Assembly: GCF_001997385.1 (NCBI RefSeq)
Contig: NZ_CP019633.1
Span: 1,800,001 to 1,832,000 of the forward strand
Source: Sedimentisphaera cyanobacteriorum
Lineage (GTDB): Bacteria > Planctomycetota > Phycisphaerae > Sedimentisphaerales > Sedimentisphaeraceae
DNA: 32,000 nt
Direction: 5' to 3'
Shown here: positions 19,638 to 27,979 of the stretch, in pieces
How positions within the stretch are numbered: position 1 is the first letter of the stretch
How the letters are laid out: each line of letters opens with the position of its first letter
The notes under the pieces: generated by a model
Database searches by the model: none
Told to the model about the DNA's origin: nothing
What the model saw: only the letters and a program-made list of their open reading frames with translations
Translations under genes and position numbers: made by a program

Positions 19638-21012
19638 ATGAAAACCAGCCACTTAATAATAAACGGAGACAGCCGAAATATGGCTGAACTGGCTGATGAA
19701 TCAGTCGGTTTGGCTGTAACATCCCCCCCCATACTGGCAGCTGAAAGATTACGGCTCTAGCAATCAAATAGGTTTTAATGACAGCTACGAGGATTACATA
19801 AACAATCTTAACCTTGTGTGGAAGGAATGTTACAGGGTTCTAAAAAAAGGCAGCCGCTTGTGTATAAATATTGGAGACCAGTTCGCAAGAGCTGTTTACT
19901 ACGGCAGATACAAGGTTATACCAATCAGAACCGAAATTATCAAGTTCTGCGAAACTATAGGTTTCGATTATATGGGGGCTGTTATATGGCAGAAAAAAAC
20001 TACTACTAACACAACAGGCGGTGCATCACTTATGGGGAGCTACCCATACCCTAAAAACGGGATTCTCTCAATAGATTATGAGTTTATTTTGCTTTTCAAG
20101 AAGCTCGGCAAGCCGGCAAAGCCAACAAAAGAACAAAAAGAAAAGTCAAAAATGACCAAGGAGGAATGGCGCAGTTATTTTACCGGCCACTGGTATTTCG
20201 GCGGGGCAAAGCAGGACGGTCACATAGCAATGTTTCCTGAAGAATTGCCTAAAAGACTTATTAAGATGTTTTCTTTTGTCGATGAAACAGTATTAGACCC
20301 ATTTCTCGGGAGCGGAACAACAACGCTTGCTGCCCAAAAACTCAATCGTAAATCTGCCGGGTATGAAATTAATCCTGAATTCATTCCGCTTATCAAAAAG
20401 AAATTGGAAATTGATAAAGGGAAACAGTTTGAAAATTCAGAAGTTGAATTCAAAGTGCAGCAAATCGAGCAGCCCTGCTGCACAAACGAGATTGAAAAAC
20501 TTCCTTACAAATTTGAAGACAGCCACCGCTTTGATAAAAAGGTAGATCCCAAAAAGCTTCAGTTTGGCTCTAAGCTTGATAGCAGCAGGAAAGATAAAAA
20601 GCTTGAAGAAGGATTTTATTCTGTGAAGGAAATAATATCCCCCAATCTGGTTCAGCTGAAGAACGGGCTGACAGTCCGCCTGCTGGGGATAAAAGAAAAA
20701 CAGGGAGCAAATGGGGAAGCAATGGAATTTCTTCGCCTGAAAACTAAGGGGCAGAAAGTATTCTTCAAATATGATCAAGAAAAATACGACCAAGACAGCA
20801 ATCTGATGGTTTATCTGTATCTCAAGAATAAAACTTTTGTAAACGCCCATTTAATCAAAAAGGGCTTAGCTGAAGCTGAGAAAAACGGTGAGTATAAAGA
20901 GAAAAGTAAGTTCATAAAATTGGAAGAAGGAAATGGCAAAAGAGCGGATTTTGAACAGCGCGATGAACCGGTTTCAACTGAATTTCAAAAGGAATGTGGG
21001 AGCAACATCTGA
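19638..21012 (+). pseudogene. Beta-class SPPY DNA methyltransferase (N4-cytosine or N6-adenine) with a C-terminal SNase-like domain, interrupted by a +1 frameshift in a C8 tract
   Basis: ATG 19638 gives 'MKTSHLIINGDSRNMAELADESVGLAVTSPP', then a stop at 19758-19760. Shifting by one base at the C run 19723-19730 gives '...TSPPYWQLKDYGSSNQIGFNDSYEDYINNLNLVWKECYRVLKKGSRLCINIGD', continuous with the track ORF 19816-21012. That ORF carries 'HIAMFPEELPKRLIKMFS' and motif I 'VLDPFLGSGTTTLAA'. Confidence 0.8.
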
Positions 21013-21568
21013 GAACATCAGGAAATGCGATCCAAAAACTCTTCAGGAATGGCAGAATTATTATTTCTGAAACGTCCGCTCCAAAGAACACATAGAAGAG
21101 TTAGGCAGAAAGCTCTACATTAAAATTACAGAAGTTATACAAGCCGAAGTTGAAGAAATCACAGAGCAGGACTGCATTGAATATATATTCAAAATGGTTA
21201 TTGACCGAACTTATGACGGCTATGTAACAGAAATAAATACAGTTTATGGGCAGCTTGAGCAGAAAATTGGCTGCAAGATTGAACCTGCCCCGGACAAATG
21301 GGACAGACTTTACAACGTTGACTTTTACATCAAGGTAAAAGATAACTATCTGGGGATCCAAATCAAACCTGTCAGCGAAGGGATTCAGCTTTCGCAAATC
21401 TTCAAAGAAAGGGGCCTGCAGGCTCATTCTCACTGCCAGTTCAGAGAAGTTTTTGGCGGCAAGGTTTTCTATGTATTTTCTTCAAAAGTAAACGGCAAAA
21501 AGATGATAAGAAACCATGAGGTTGTAGAAGAAATCAAAGAGGAAATCAGGCGTATAGAAAACGCTTAA
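20933..21568 (+). pseudogene. Putative restriction endonuclease partner (PD-(D/E)xK-like), interrupted by an in-frame TGA at 21068-21070
   Basis: ATG 20933 (preceded by ggaagaagga) opens 45 codons ending in TGA. The same frame stays open with no start codon for 41 more codons until the track's first Met at 21194, so coding probably spans the stop. A possible nuclease core is 'NVDF-x12-QIKP'. The family is not assignable from sequence alone. Confidence 0.5.
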
Positions 21569-21612
21569 ACGCAGACAGTTTATGTTTAAAAATTATTTTG
21601 ATCACCCCGCCA

Positions 21613-23505
21613 CTATACCTTGCCTTCTTTAATCTGTTCGAGGGTTTGCCAGCGGTCGTATTTTTCTTCAAGCTGTTTTTCAAGATCTTTGAGCCTCGTA
21701 TTAGATTTTGCGATCTGCTCAGGAGTGCTTTTATAGAAGTCCGGGTCTGCAAGGTCAGAATGAAGCCCGCTGAGTTTTTCCTCAAGTGTTTCGATTTGCT
21801 CGGGCAGTTTCTCCAGCTCCTTTTTTTCGTGGTATGAGAGCCTTCTGGGCTTTTCTGAGGACTTTTTCTGCTGTTTTGCAGGCTTTTTTTCGGGCCGTAC
21901 TGCCTTGGCTGCATTAAGCTTTTCTCGGATATAATCGTCATATCCGCCTACATACTCGCGTACCTTCCCGCCGCCTTCGAATACGAGCGTGCTTGTAACC
22001 ACGTTATTCAGGAATGCCCTGTCGTGGCTTACGATAAAGATTGTGCCCTGATATTGAGCGAGCTGTTCTTCGAGCAGTTCGATTGTTTCGATATCAAGAT
22101 TATTCGTTGGCTCATCAAGCACGAGGATGTTGGAGGGCTTTGCAAAGAGCTTCGCAAGAAGAAGCCGCGTTCTCTCGCCGCCGGAAAGGGCGGAGACGAG
22201 GCTCTTTGCCCTGTACGAAGGAAAGAGAAAATCCTTGAGATAGCCCACGGCGTTTCGGGATGTCCCGCCGAAATTTATGTTCATAAAGCCGTCTGCCACG
22301 TTCTCAACGAGCGTTTTGTCGTAGTCGAGTTTGTTATGGAGCTGGTCGAAATATGCAACTTTCTGATTCGTGCCTCTTCGCACTCTCCCGCTGGAAGGTT
22401 CAAGCTCGCCGAGAATGAGCTTGAGCAGCGTTGATTTGCCAACGCCGTTCTCGCCGGCGATTCCTATTCGGTCGCCTCGGAAAAATTTGGCGGTAAAGTC
22501 TGTAACGATGTTTGTTTTCCCGTCGTAACTGAATGAAACGTTTTTCAAATCCGAAACGAGCATACCGCTTGCCTCGGCCTGCTGGAGATTGAGCTTTGCG
22601 CTGCCTTCCGGGCTGGTTCGCTCCCGCCTCATCTCACGCATCTTCTGAAGCTCTCGCACGCGGCCTTCATTGCGTGTACGCCGTCCCTGTATGCCTCTGC
22701 GTATCCAAACCTCTTCTTCAGCGAGCTTCTTATCAAACTGCTTTTGATGCGCCTGCTCGGCATCAAGGAGCTGTCTTTTCCGTGCGAGGTATTCATCGTA
22801 GCTGCATTCAAAGCTTCGCAGGAAGCCTCTGTCCAGTTCGAAGATTCTCGTTGCGAGCTTTCGGAGAAATGCGCGGTCGTGCGTGATGAAAAGCAGCGTT
22901 GCCTGAGAACTTAGCAGAAGCTCTTCAACTTTTCTGATTGAATCTATGTCAAGGTGGTTGGTGGGCTCATCAAGCAGGATCAGATCTGGGCTTCCGGCCA
23001 GAACCCTTGCGAGAAGTACTTTTCGCTTCATACCTGCCGAAAGGCTGTAAAAACTGCTCTGCAAAGGCAGCTCAAGCTTTGAGGCAGCCGCCTCAGCCTG
23101 AGTTTGAATTTTCCACCCGCCTGCTGAATCAATCTCTTCAGTAAGGCTGTGGAGGGTTTGAGTTTCCTCTTCAGTATGCTCGTGAGAAGCGGAAAGGCGG
23201 AGGAATTCAGAAAGCTTCTCCCCTGCGGGGCCTGCGCCTTTCAGTATTACATCAAATATGCTCCCCTCGAGGCTTGCTGGAACTTCCTGCTCAAGCGAGG
23301 AGATTTTCAAGCCCTTCTGGAAGTTTAATTCCCCGCCGAGGGGTTCAAGCCTGCCTCTGAGAACATTGAGAAACGTAGTTTTCCCGCAGCCGTTTCTGCC
23401 CATGAGAGCGAGCCTTTCGCCCTTCTCAACTGCAAAACCGGCCTTATTAACAAGCAGTGGCCCGCCGTAGCCGGCGTCCAGATCTTTGGCTACTATTATT
23501 GACAT
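21613..23505 (-). CDS. uup: ABC-F family ATPase (Uup-like, two ABC domains plus C-terminal coiled-coil)
   Basis: It has two Walker A motifs ('GRNGCGKTT', 'GENGVGKST') and two signatures ('LSAGMKRKVLLA', 'LSGGERTRLLLA'). An inter-domain linker is present. A lysine-rich spacer is followed by a coiled-coil tail, 'LEKLPEQIETLEEKLSGL...'. Confidence 0.85.
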   Translation of the reverse strand: MSIIVAKDLDAGYGGPLLVNKAGFAVEKGERLALMGRNGCGKTTFLNVLRGRLEPLGGELNFQKGLKISSLEQEVPASLEGSIFDVILKGAGPAGEKLSEFLRLSASHEHTEEETQTLHSLTEEIDSAGGWKIQTQAEAAASKLELPLQSSFYSLSAGMKRKVLLARVLAGSPDLILLDEPTNHLDIDSIRKVEELLLSSQATLLFITHDRAFLRKLATRIFELDRGFLRSFECSYDEYLARKRQLLDAEQAHQKQFDKKLAEEEVWIRRGIQGRRTRNEGRVRELQKMREMRRERTSPEGSAKLNLQQAEASGMLVSDLKNVSFSYDGKTNIVTDFTAKFFRGDRIGIAGENGVGKSTLLKLILGELEPSSGRVRRGTNQKVAYFDQLHNKLDYDKTLVENVADGFMNINFGGTSRNAVGYLKDFLFPSYRAKSLVSALSGGERTRLLLAKLFAKPSNILVLDEPTNNLDIETIELLEEQLAQYQGTIFIVSHDRAFLNNVVTSTLVFEGGGKVREYVGGYDDYIREKLNAAKAVRPEKKPAKQQKKSSEKPRRLSYHEKKELEKLPEQIETLEEKLSGLHSDLADPDFYKSTPEQIAKSNTRLKDLEKQLEEKYDRWQTLEQIKEGKV

Positions 23506-23519
23506 AATTTAAAATAAAG

Positions 23520-23570
23520 AAAAAACTGCCCCGGATGTACTGAAGGAGCTTCAGTAAAAACGGCAGGCAG
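23520..23570 (-). terminator. Terminator-like nested hairpin plus U-run between infC and uup
   Basis: The minus strand reads CUGCCUGCCG-uuuu-[UACUGAAG-cuc-CUUCAGUA]-cau-CCGGGGCAG followed by UUUUUU. The U-run ends 14 nt before the uup ATG (23505). Confidence 0.5.
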
Positions 23571-23592
23571 CTTTTATGTTTTTCAGTAAAAC

Positions 23593-24129
23593 TCAGGTAG
23601 GAGAGACAATCATTATCATTCTTCTGCCCTGCATATTCGGGGCTCTGTCCACCTTAGCCACATCTTTGAGCATCTCGGCAATCGAATCCATCAGCTCTTT
23701 GCCCTGATCGGTATGCGCCATCTCTCTGCCTCGGAAACGCAGAGTAAACTGCACTTTATCGCCCTTATCGAGGAACTTTCGTGCGTGATTAACCTTAACA
23801 TCCCTGTCGTTATCGCCGATCTCGGGCCTGAGCCTGATTTCCTTCAGGCTAACCACATGCTGCTTCTTGCGAGACTGCTTCTGCTTTCGCTTCTGCTCGT
23901 AGAGCCATTTGCCGTGATCCATAATCCTGCACACGGGCGGCTCAGAATTAGAAGCCACTTCAACCAGATCAAGCCCGACTTCAAACGCCATATCAAGGGC
24001 CTGCTCTGTTTTTACAACACCTACCTGATTGTTCTCGTGGTCAATGAGGCGAACTTCAGGAGTTCCTTTTTTGATCCTCTCATTAACCCGGGTACTGTTA
24101 GTCTTGCTGATAGTATATACCTCGTTAAT
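23593..24129 (-). CDS. infC: Translation initiation factor IF-3, probable AUU start
   Basis: The track ORF starts at 'MAFEVGLDLVEV...PPVCRIMDHGKWLYEQ', which is mid-protein. The frame stays open 46 codons further upstream, encoding 'RVNERIKKGTPEVRLIDHENNQVGVV' (IF3 N-domain), with no ATG/GTG/TTG. The first codon after an in-frame TAA is ATT (24129-24127). Confidence 0.85.
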   Translation of the reverse strand: MNEVYTISKTNSTRVNERIKKGTPEVRLIDHENNQVGVVKTEQALDMAFEVGLDLVEVASNSEPPVCRIMDHGKWLYEQKRKQKQSRKKQHVVSLKEIRLRPEIGDNDRDVKVNHARKFLDKGDKVQFTLRFRGREMAHTDQGKELMDSIAEMLKDVAKVDRAPNMQGRRMIMIVSPT

Positions 24130-24171
24130 TTAACATTGAAAAATTACTGTTTATTCCTGCATCGATTCTGA

Positions 24172-26094
24172 TTACAGGCTTATTTCAAGCTCTGCTTCTC
24201 GCGATTTTGCCTTCTCTGCCATTTCCGCAATAACTTTATCACAGTCTGCTTCGAGCGTTTCTTTTACAGACCTTGTCCTCAGGTTCACAGCTTTCTGCTC
24301 CTGTTCCTTCGGGCCTGCAATCATCATATACGGGAGCTTATCGGTGTGTGCTTTTGCGATTTTTGCTCCGATTTTATCATCGGAAAGGTCTGTACCTGCC
24401 CTGATGCCGGCATGCTTGAGCTTCTTTGCTACAGACTGAGCATAGTCGTTTGTTTTCTCGCTTATAGACAGCACGCGCACCTGCTCGGGAGAGAGCCAGA
24501 GAGGCATTGAACCTGCATAATGCTCGATAAGTATGCCCATAAATCGTTCGAAAGAGCCCAGAACAGCCCTGTGCAGCATTACCGGCGGTTTCTCCGTATT
24601 GTCCGGTGCGGTATAAACAAGGTTAAACCGCTCGGGCATTGAGAAATCCAGCTGTATTGTACCGAGCTGCCAGCTGCGTCCGATTGCATCTTCCACATGG
24701 AAATCAATCTTAGGCCCGTAGAAAGCGCCGTCGCCTTCGTTTATTACAAAATCTATATCCTTGCTTTCCAGAGCGCCTCTCAGGGCACTTGTTGCCTTAT
24801 CCCAGATCTCATCGGAGCCGATGTGTTTCTCCGGCTTGGTTGAGAGCTCAATATGGAAATCTGAGAAGCCGAAGGTGGAGTACATCTCGAAGACAAGATC
24901 AATAACCCCCACCACCTCGCTCTGAATCTGCTCCGGAGTGCAGTATATGTGCGCATCATCCTGAGTAAACTGGCGTACACGGACGAGCCCGTGAAGCGAG
25001 CCGCTCGGTTCGTATCTGTGCACGAGGCCGAGCTCGGCATATCTGAGCGGGAATTCTTTGTATGAGTGTTTGGCCGAATTGTACACGAGGCATCCGCCCG
25101 GACAGTTCATCGGCTTAATTGCATAATTCGTTTCCTCCACTGATGTGAAGTACATATTCTCCTGATAATTGTCCCAGTGGCCTGATCTGTGCCAGAGCTG
25201 TTCGTTGAGCATTATCGGGGTTTTGATTTCTTCGTAGCCGTATTTATCGTGCACCTCTCTCCAGAAGCTCACGATGCTGTTCCAGATTCGCATCCCCTTC
25301 GGGTGCAGAAACGCAAAGCCCGGGCCTTCTTCATGGAAGCTGAAAAGACCAAGCTGCTTACCGAGAACTCTGTGGTCTCGTTTTTTGGCTTCTTCGATCC
25401 TGTGGAGGTATTTCTTGAGCTCCTTTTTGTCCCGCCAGCAGGTGCCGTACACCCTCTGGAGCATCTTTTCCGAGGCGTCGCCGCGGTAGTATGCACCGGC
25501 TACGCTCATCACCTTGAACGCCCCGATTTTAGATGTGCTGGGTACATGCGGACCTCGGCAGAGGTCTCTGAAGCCCTCTCCCTGATAGTAGAAGCTGATT
25601 ACATCGCTTCCCGCACGCTCGATATTGTCTGTTTTGTAGCGGTCTGCGGAAACTTCCCTGAGCCCTTCTTCTTTTGTCATTTCAATGCGCTTGAAGGGTT
25701 TGTCCGCCTTAACAATCTCGGCCATCTTATTCTCGATAGCCTCAAAGTCTTCTGTGCTTATCGGTTTGTCAAGGTCTATATCGTAGTAGAAGCCGTCTTT
25801 AACGACCGGCCCGTAAACTAGCTTCGCCTCAGGCCAAAGAGAAAGGATTGCCTCGGCCATCACATGCGCGCAGCTGTGCCGCATTATCTCAAGCCCCTCT
25901 TCATCCCGGCTGGTAATAATCTTCAGCTCAGCATCTTTGTTTATTTGCGAGCTCAGGTCGAGCTTCTCGCCGTCCACCTCTGCTGCAACAGCCGCTTTGG
26001 CCAACCCTGAGCCTATCTTTTCCACTATCTCGTATATCGTGGAGCCTGATTCAGCCTCTATAAGCTTCCCGTCAGGCAGTTTTATGTTAATCAT
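24172..26094 (-). CDS. thrS: Threonine--tRNA ligase
   Basis: N-terminal TGS domain 'MINIKLPDGKLIEAESGSTIYEI'. Editing-domain 'HSCAHVMAEA'. Class II core 'RVRQFTQDDAHIYC' and 'GAFYGPKIDF'. A C-terminal anticodon-binding domain is present. Confidence 0.93.
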   Translation of the reverse strand: MINIKLPDGKLIEAESGSTIYEIVEKIGSGLAKAAVAAEVDGEKLDLSSQINKDAELKIITSRDEEGLEIMRHSCAHVMAEAILSLWPEAKLVYGPVVKDGFYYDIDLDKPISTEDFEAIENKMAEIVKADKPFKRIEMTKEEGLREVSADRYKTDNIERAGSDVISFYYQGEGFRDLCRGPHVPSTSKIGAFKVMSVAGAYYRGDASEKMLQRVYGTCWRDKKELKKYLHRIEEAKKRDHRVLGKQLGLFSFHEEGPGFAFLHPKGMRIWNSIVSFWREVHDKYGYEEIKTPIMLNEQLWHRSGHWDNYQENMYFTSVEETNYAIKPMNCPGGCLVYNSAKHSYKEFPLRYAELGLVHRYEPSGSLHGLVRVRQFTQDDAHIYCTPEQIQSEVVGVIDLVFEMYSTFGFSDFHIELSTKPEKHIGSDEIWDKATSALRGALESKDIDFVINEGDGAFYGPKIDFHVEDAIGRSWQLGTIQLDFSMPERFNLVYTAPDNTEKPPVMLHRAVLGSFERFMGILIEHYAGSMPLWLSPEQVRVLSISEKTNDYAQSVAKKLKHAGIRAGTDLSDDKIGAKIAKAHTDKLPYMMIAGPKEQEQKAVNLRTRSVKETLEADCDKVIAEMAEKAKSREAELEISL

Positions 26095-26258
26095 CTGTTA
26101 TTTCCAATGCAGTTCTATCAGAACAAAATTTAACGATTTACAATGATAATCTCGTAATATCAAAAGTCAAGAATCACAGACAAAATCAGGGGGTACTTAT
26201 TGCTTTAAAAGGCATTTAAATATAGTAAAACAAGATTTTTAGACTTTATGGCTTTATA

Positions 26259-27010
26259 CTACTTTTTGCAAATATATACTGGCTGGCTTGGAAGATTACA
26301 CTTTTTTATAAGTTTTTGAGACACAAAATCTGCAGGATAGTATTTTTCGAAATTAAAGCCAGAAATTTCAAGTTTGTCTTCAAAATCGATACCATAAACT
26401 CTCATGTGATCCACATTTCCAAATCTTCGAATTCTTTCCTGCGGGTCATCAAGCTCTAAATCTGCATCTGTTACTTCTAAATTCTCATTGATTGGTATTG
26501 ACAGCAGCATCCAGCCACCCGGTTTTAATACTCTATAGAATTCAGTAAGGGCTTTTTTATCATCCGGAACGTGTTCTAAAACGTGGCTTGAGTAAATAAC
26601 ATCAAAACTTTCGTCAGGATAGTTTATATCAGTTATATCTATCTTCTCCATAGCCTCAGGACTGTTTAAATCTGCACTAAGGTAATCAATATGGGATAAA
26701 TTAGAAAAAATTTCAGTAAAACATTTTTCTGGAGCAATATGAAGCATTTTTTTCTGCTTTTGAGAATTCAGCAAATCGGTTTTTTCTTTCATAAGAAACC
26801 AGAAAAAACGATGCCTTTCAAAAGAGCTGCATACCGGGCAAATAACCCCCTCTCTATTTTTTTCTCTGAAGAAGAATATGGCATAAATCTTTTCAAATGA
26901 GATCTGCATATCGGACAGTAACAACTAAAACCGAAATTCAAAACCTTTTTTTTGAGCCTATCTGCCGGCTTCCTTAAGGGTTTAGGTATGAGGTAATACA
27001 ATTTGGACAT
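26259..27010 (-). pseudogene. Class I SAM-dependent methyltransferase with an N-terminal double CxxC region, split by a frameshift at an A7 (T7 on +) run
   Basis: Frame A (27010 to 26789) reads 'MSKLYYLIPKPLRKPADRLKK...CYCPICRSHLKRFMPYSSSEKK'. Frame B (26924 to 26259) reads '...NREGVICPVCSSFERHRFFW...MLHIAPEKC...FDVIYSSHVLEHVPD...VLKPGGWMLLSIP'. One extra A in the run 26857-26863 would join them. Confidence 0.7.
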
Positions 27011-27033
27011 TATTCTTTCTGCCTTTCTTTATT

Positions 27034-27786
27034 TTATCTCCACTTCCACCATCCGTTAGGACTTGAACCATATTCCAGCCTTGCCTTTAATTTTTCAGCA
27101 TCAACGGCTTTAACATGTCCATCAATAAATGCCTGATTACTCAGCTCTGGAACGCCTCCCCATAAATGAGAGTTAAATGTAGAAAAATTGTAACTTTTAT
27201 CCTTTCCGATATTTCCATAAGGGGAATATTTCATTCGGCAGCTGATTTGATCAGTTATTACAGGATTAGTTTTGCCCCTCTTATCATAAGTTTTACAAGG
27301 ACCTCTGCAATCATTTTCATCAACCACAGTAAAAACCGACTCACTTTCACGAGGCGGCAAATCGCTATTGTAAACTTCTATATGTCTCGGCACCCAGTAA
27401 TACTACCCTACAACAATAGCTTCGCCTTCGCCCCTTTCTCGATTCATAGATTTATAAACTCTGCGCTGTGTTGTAGAAGGGCAATACAACTCTTCATGCT
27501 CCAAACAATAATTGTCTTCCAGGTAATACACCATATCTTCTGACCAGTCATGCAGGATTGGGCCGTTAGGAGCTGAAAAACAAGGCAAATAAGAATCATT
27601 ATTGTTTGCGTATGTAGAACATATTACAACAAAATTGTGAAGATAATTTTTACAGACAGTTCGTTTTGCCAATTCCCTTGCACGACCTAAAACTGGGATT
27701 AATACTGAAATTAATAGAGCCAATATTGCTATCACAACCAACAGCTCAATTAATGAAAAGCCTCTTATTTTATATCTGCTTTTCAT
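27034..27786 (-). pseudogene. Prepilin-type N-terminal cleavage/methylation domain protein (DUF1559/H-x9-DG-like pseudopilin) with an in-frame TAG
   Basis: '[33 protein letters not shown]' opens the 5' ORF, and 'NQAFIDGHVKAV' lies near the end of the 3' ORF. The two track ORFs (27403-27813 and 27034-27393) are in the same frame, separated only by TAG (27405-27403) and three sense codons. The joined length of ~250 aa is typical of the family. Confidence 0.75.
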
Positions 27787-27979
27787 AGAACAAGTTTTTC
27801 TCCGAATTCTCAAAACTATATTTATTAGCTAACAGCTTTAACTTTACTTTTTTACTGAAAATATTCAATGAATTTAGTATAATATAATGAAGCTCAATAA
27901 TATAGCGTAGGTTTATCTCTACAAGAATTAAAAACTTAAATGGGTTAGGCTTTAGTCGAAATCTACCGTTAAATTGCTC

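Noticed and set aside
21068-21070. In-frame TGA as selenocysteine or programmed read-through.
   Set aside because: There is no obvious SECIS-like hairpin immediately downstream and no redox-type context. TGA is used as an ordinary stop by neighbouring genes (for example 9363-9365 and 13865-13867). A nonsense mutation is the simpler explanation.
26095-26258. T-box or tRNA-mimic leader upstream of thrS.
   Set aside because: The region is AT-rich with no specifier-loop/T-box consensus (AGGGUGGNACCGCG-like) and no anticodon-arm mimic that I can recognise.
27403-27405. In-frame TAG as pyrrolysine or genetic-code reassignment.
   Set aside because: TAG terminates other well-defined genes in the window (hisE 11459-11461, the 655-aa gene 5768-5770, the SBP gene 31428-31430). 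No Pyl machinery is visible.
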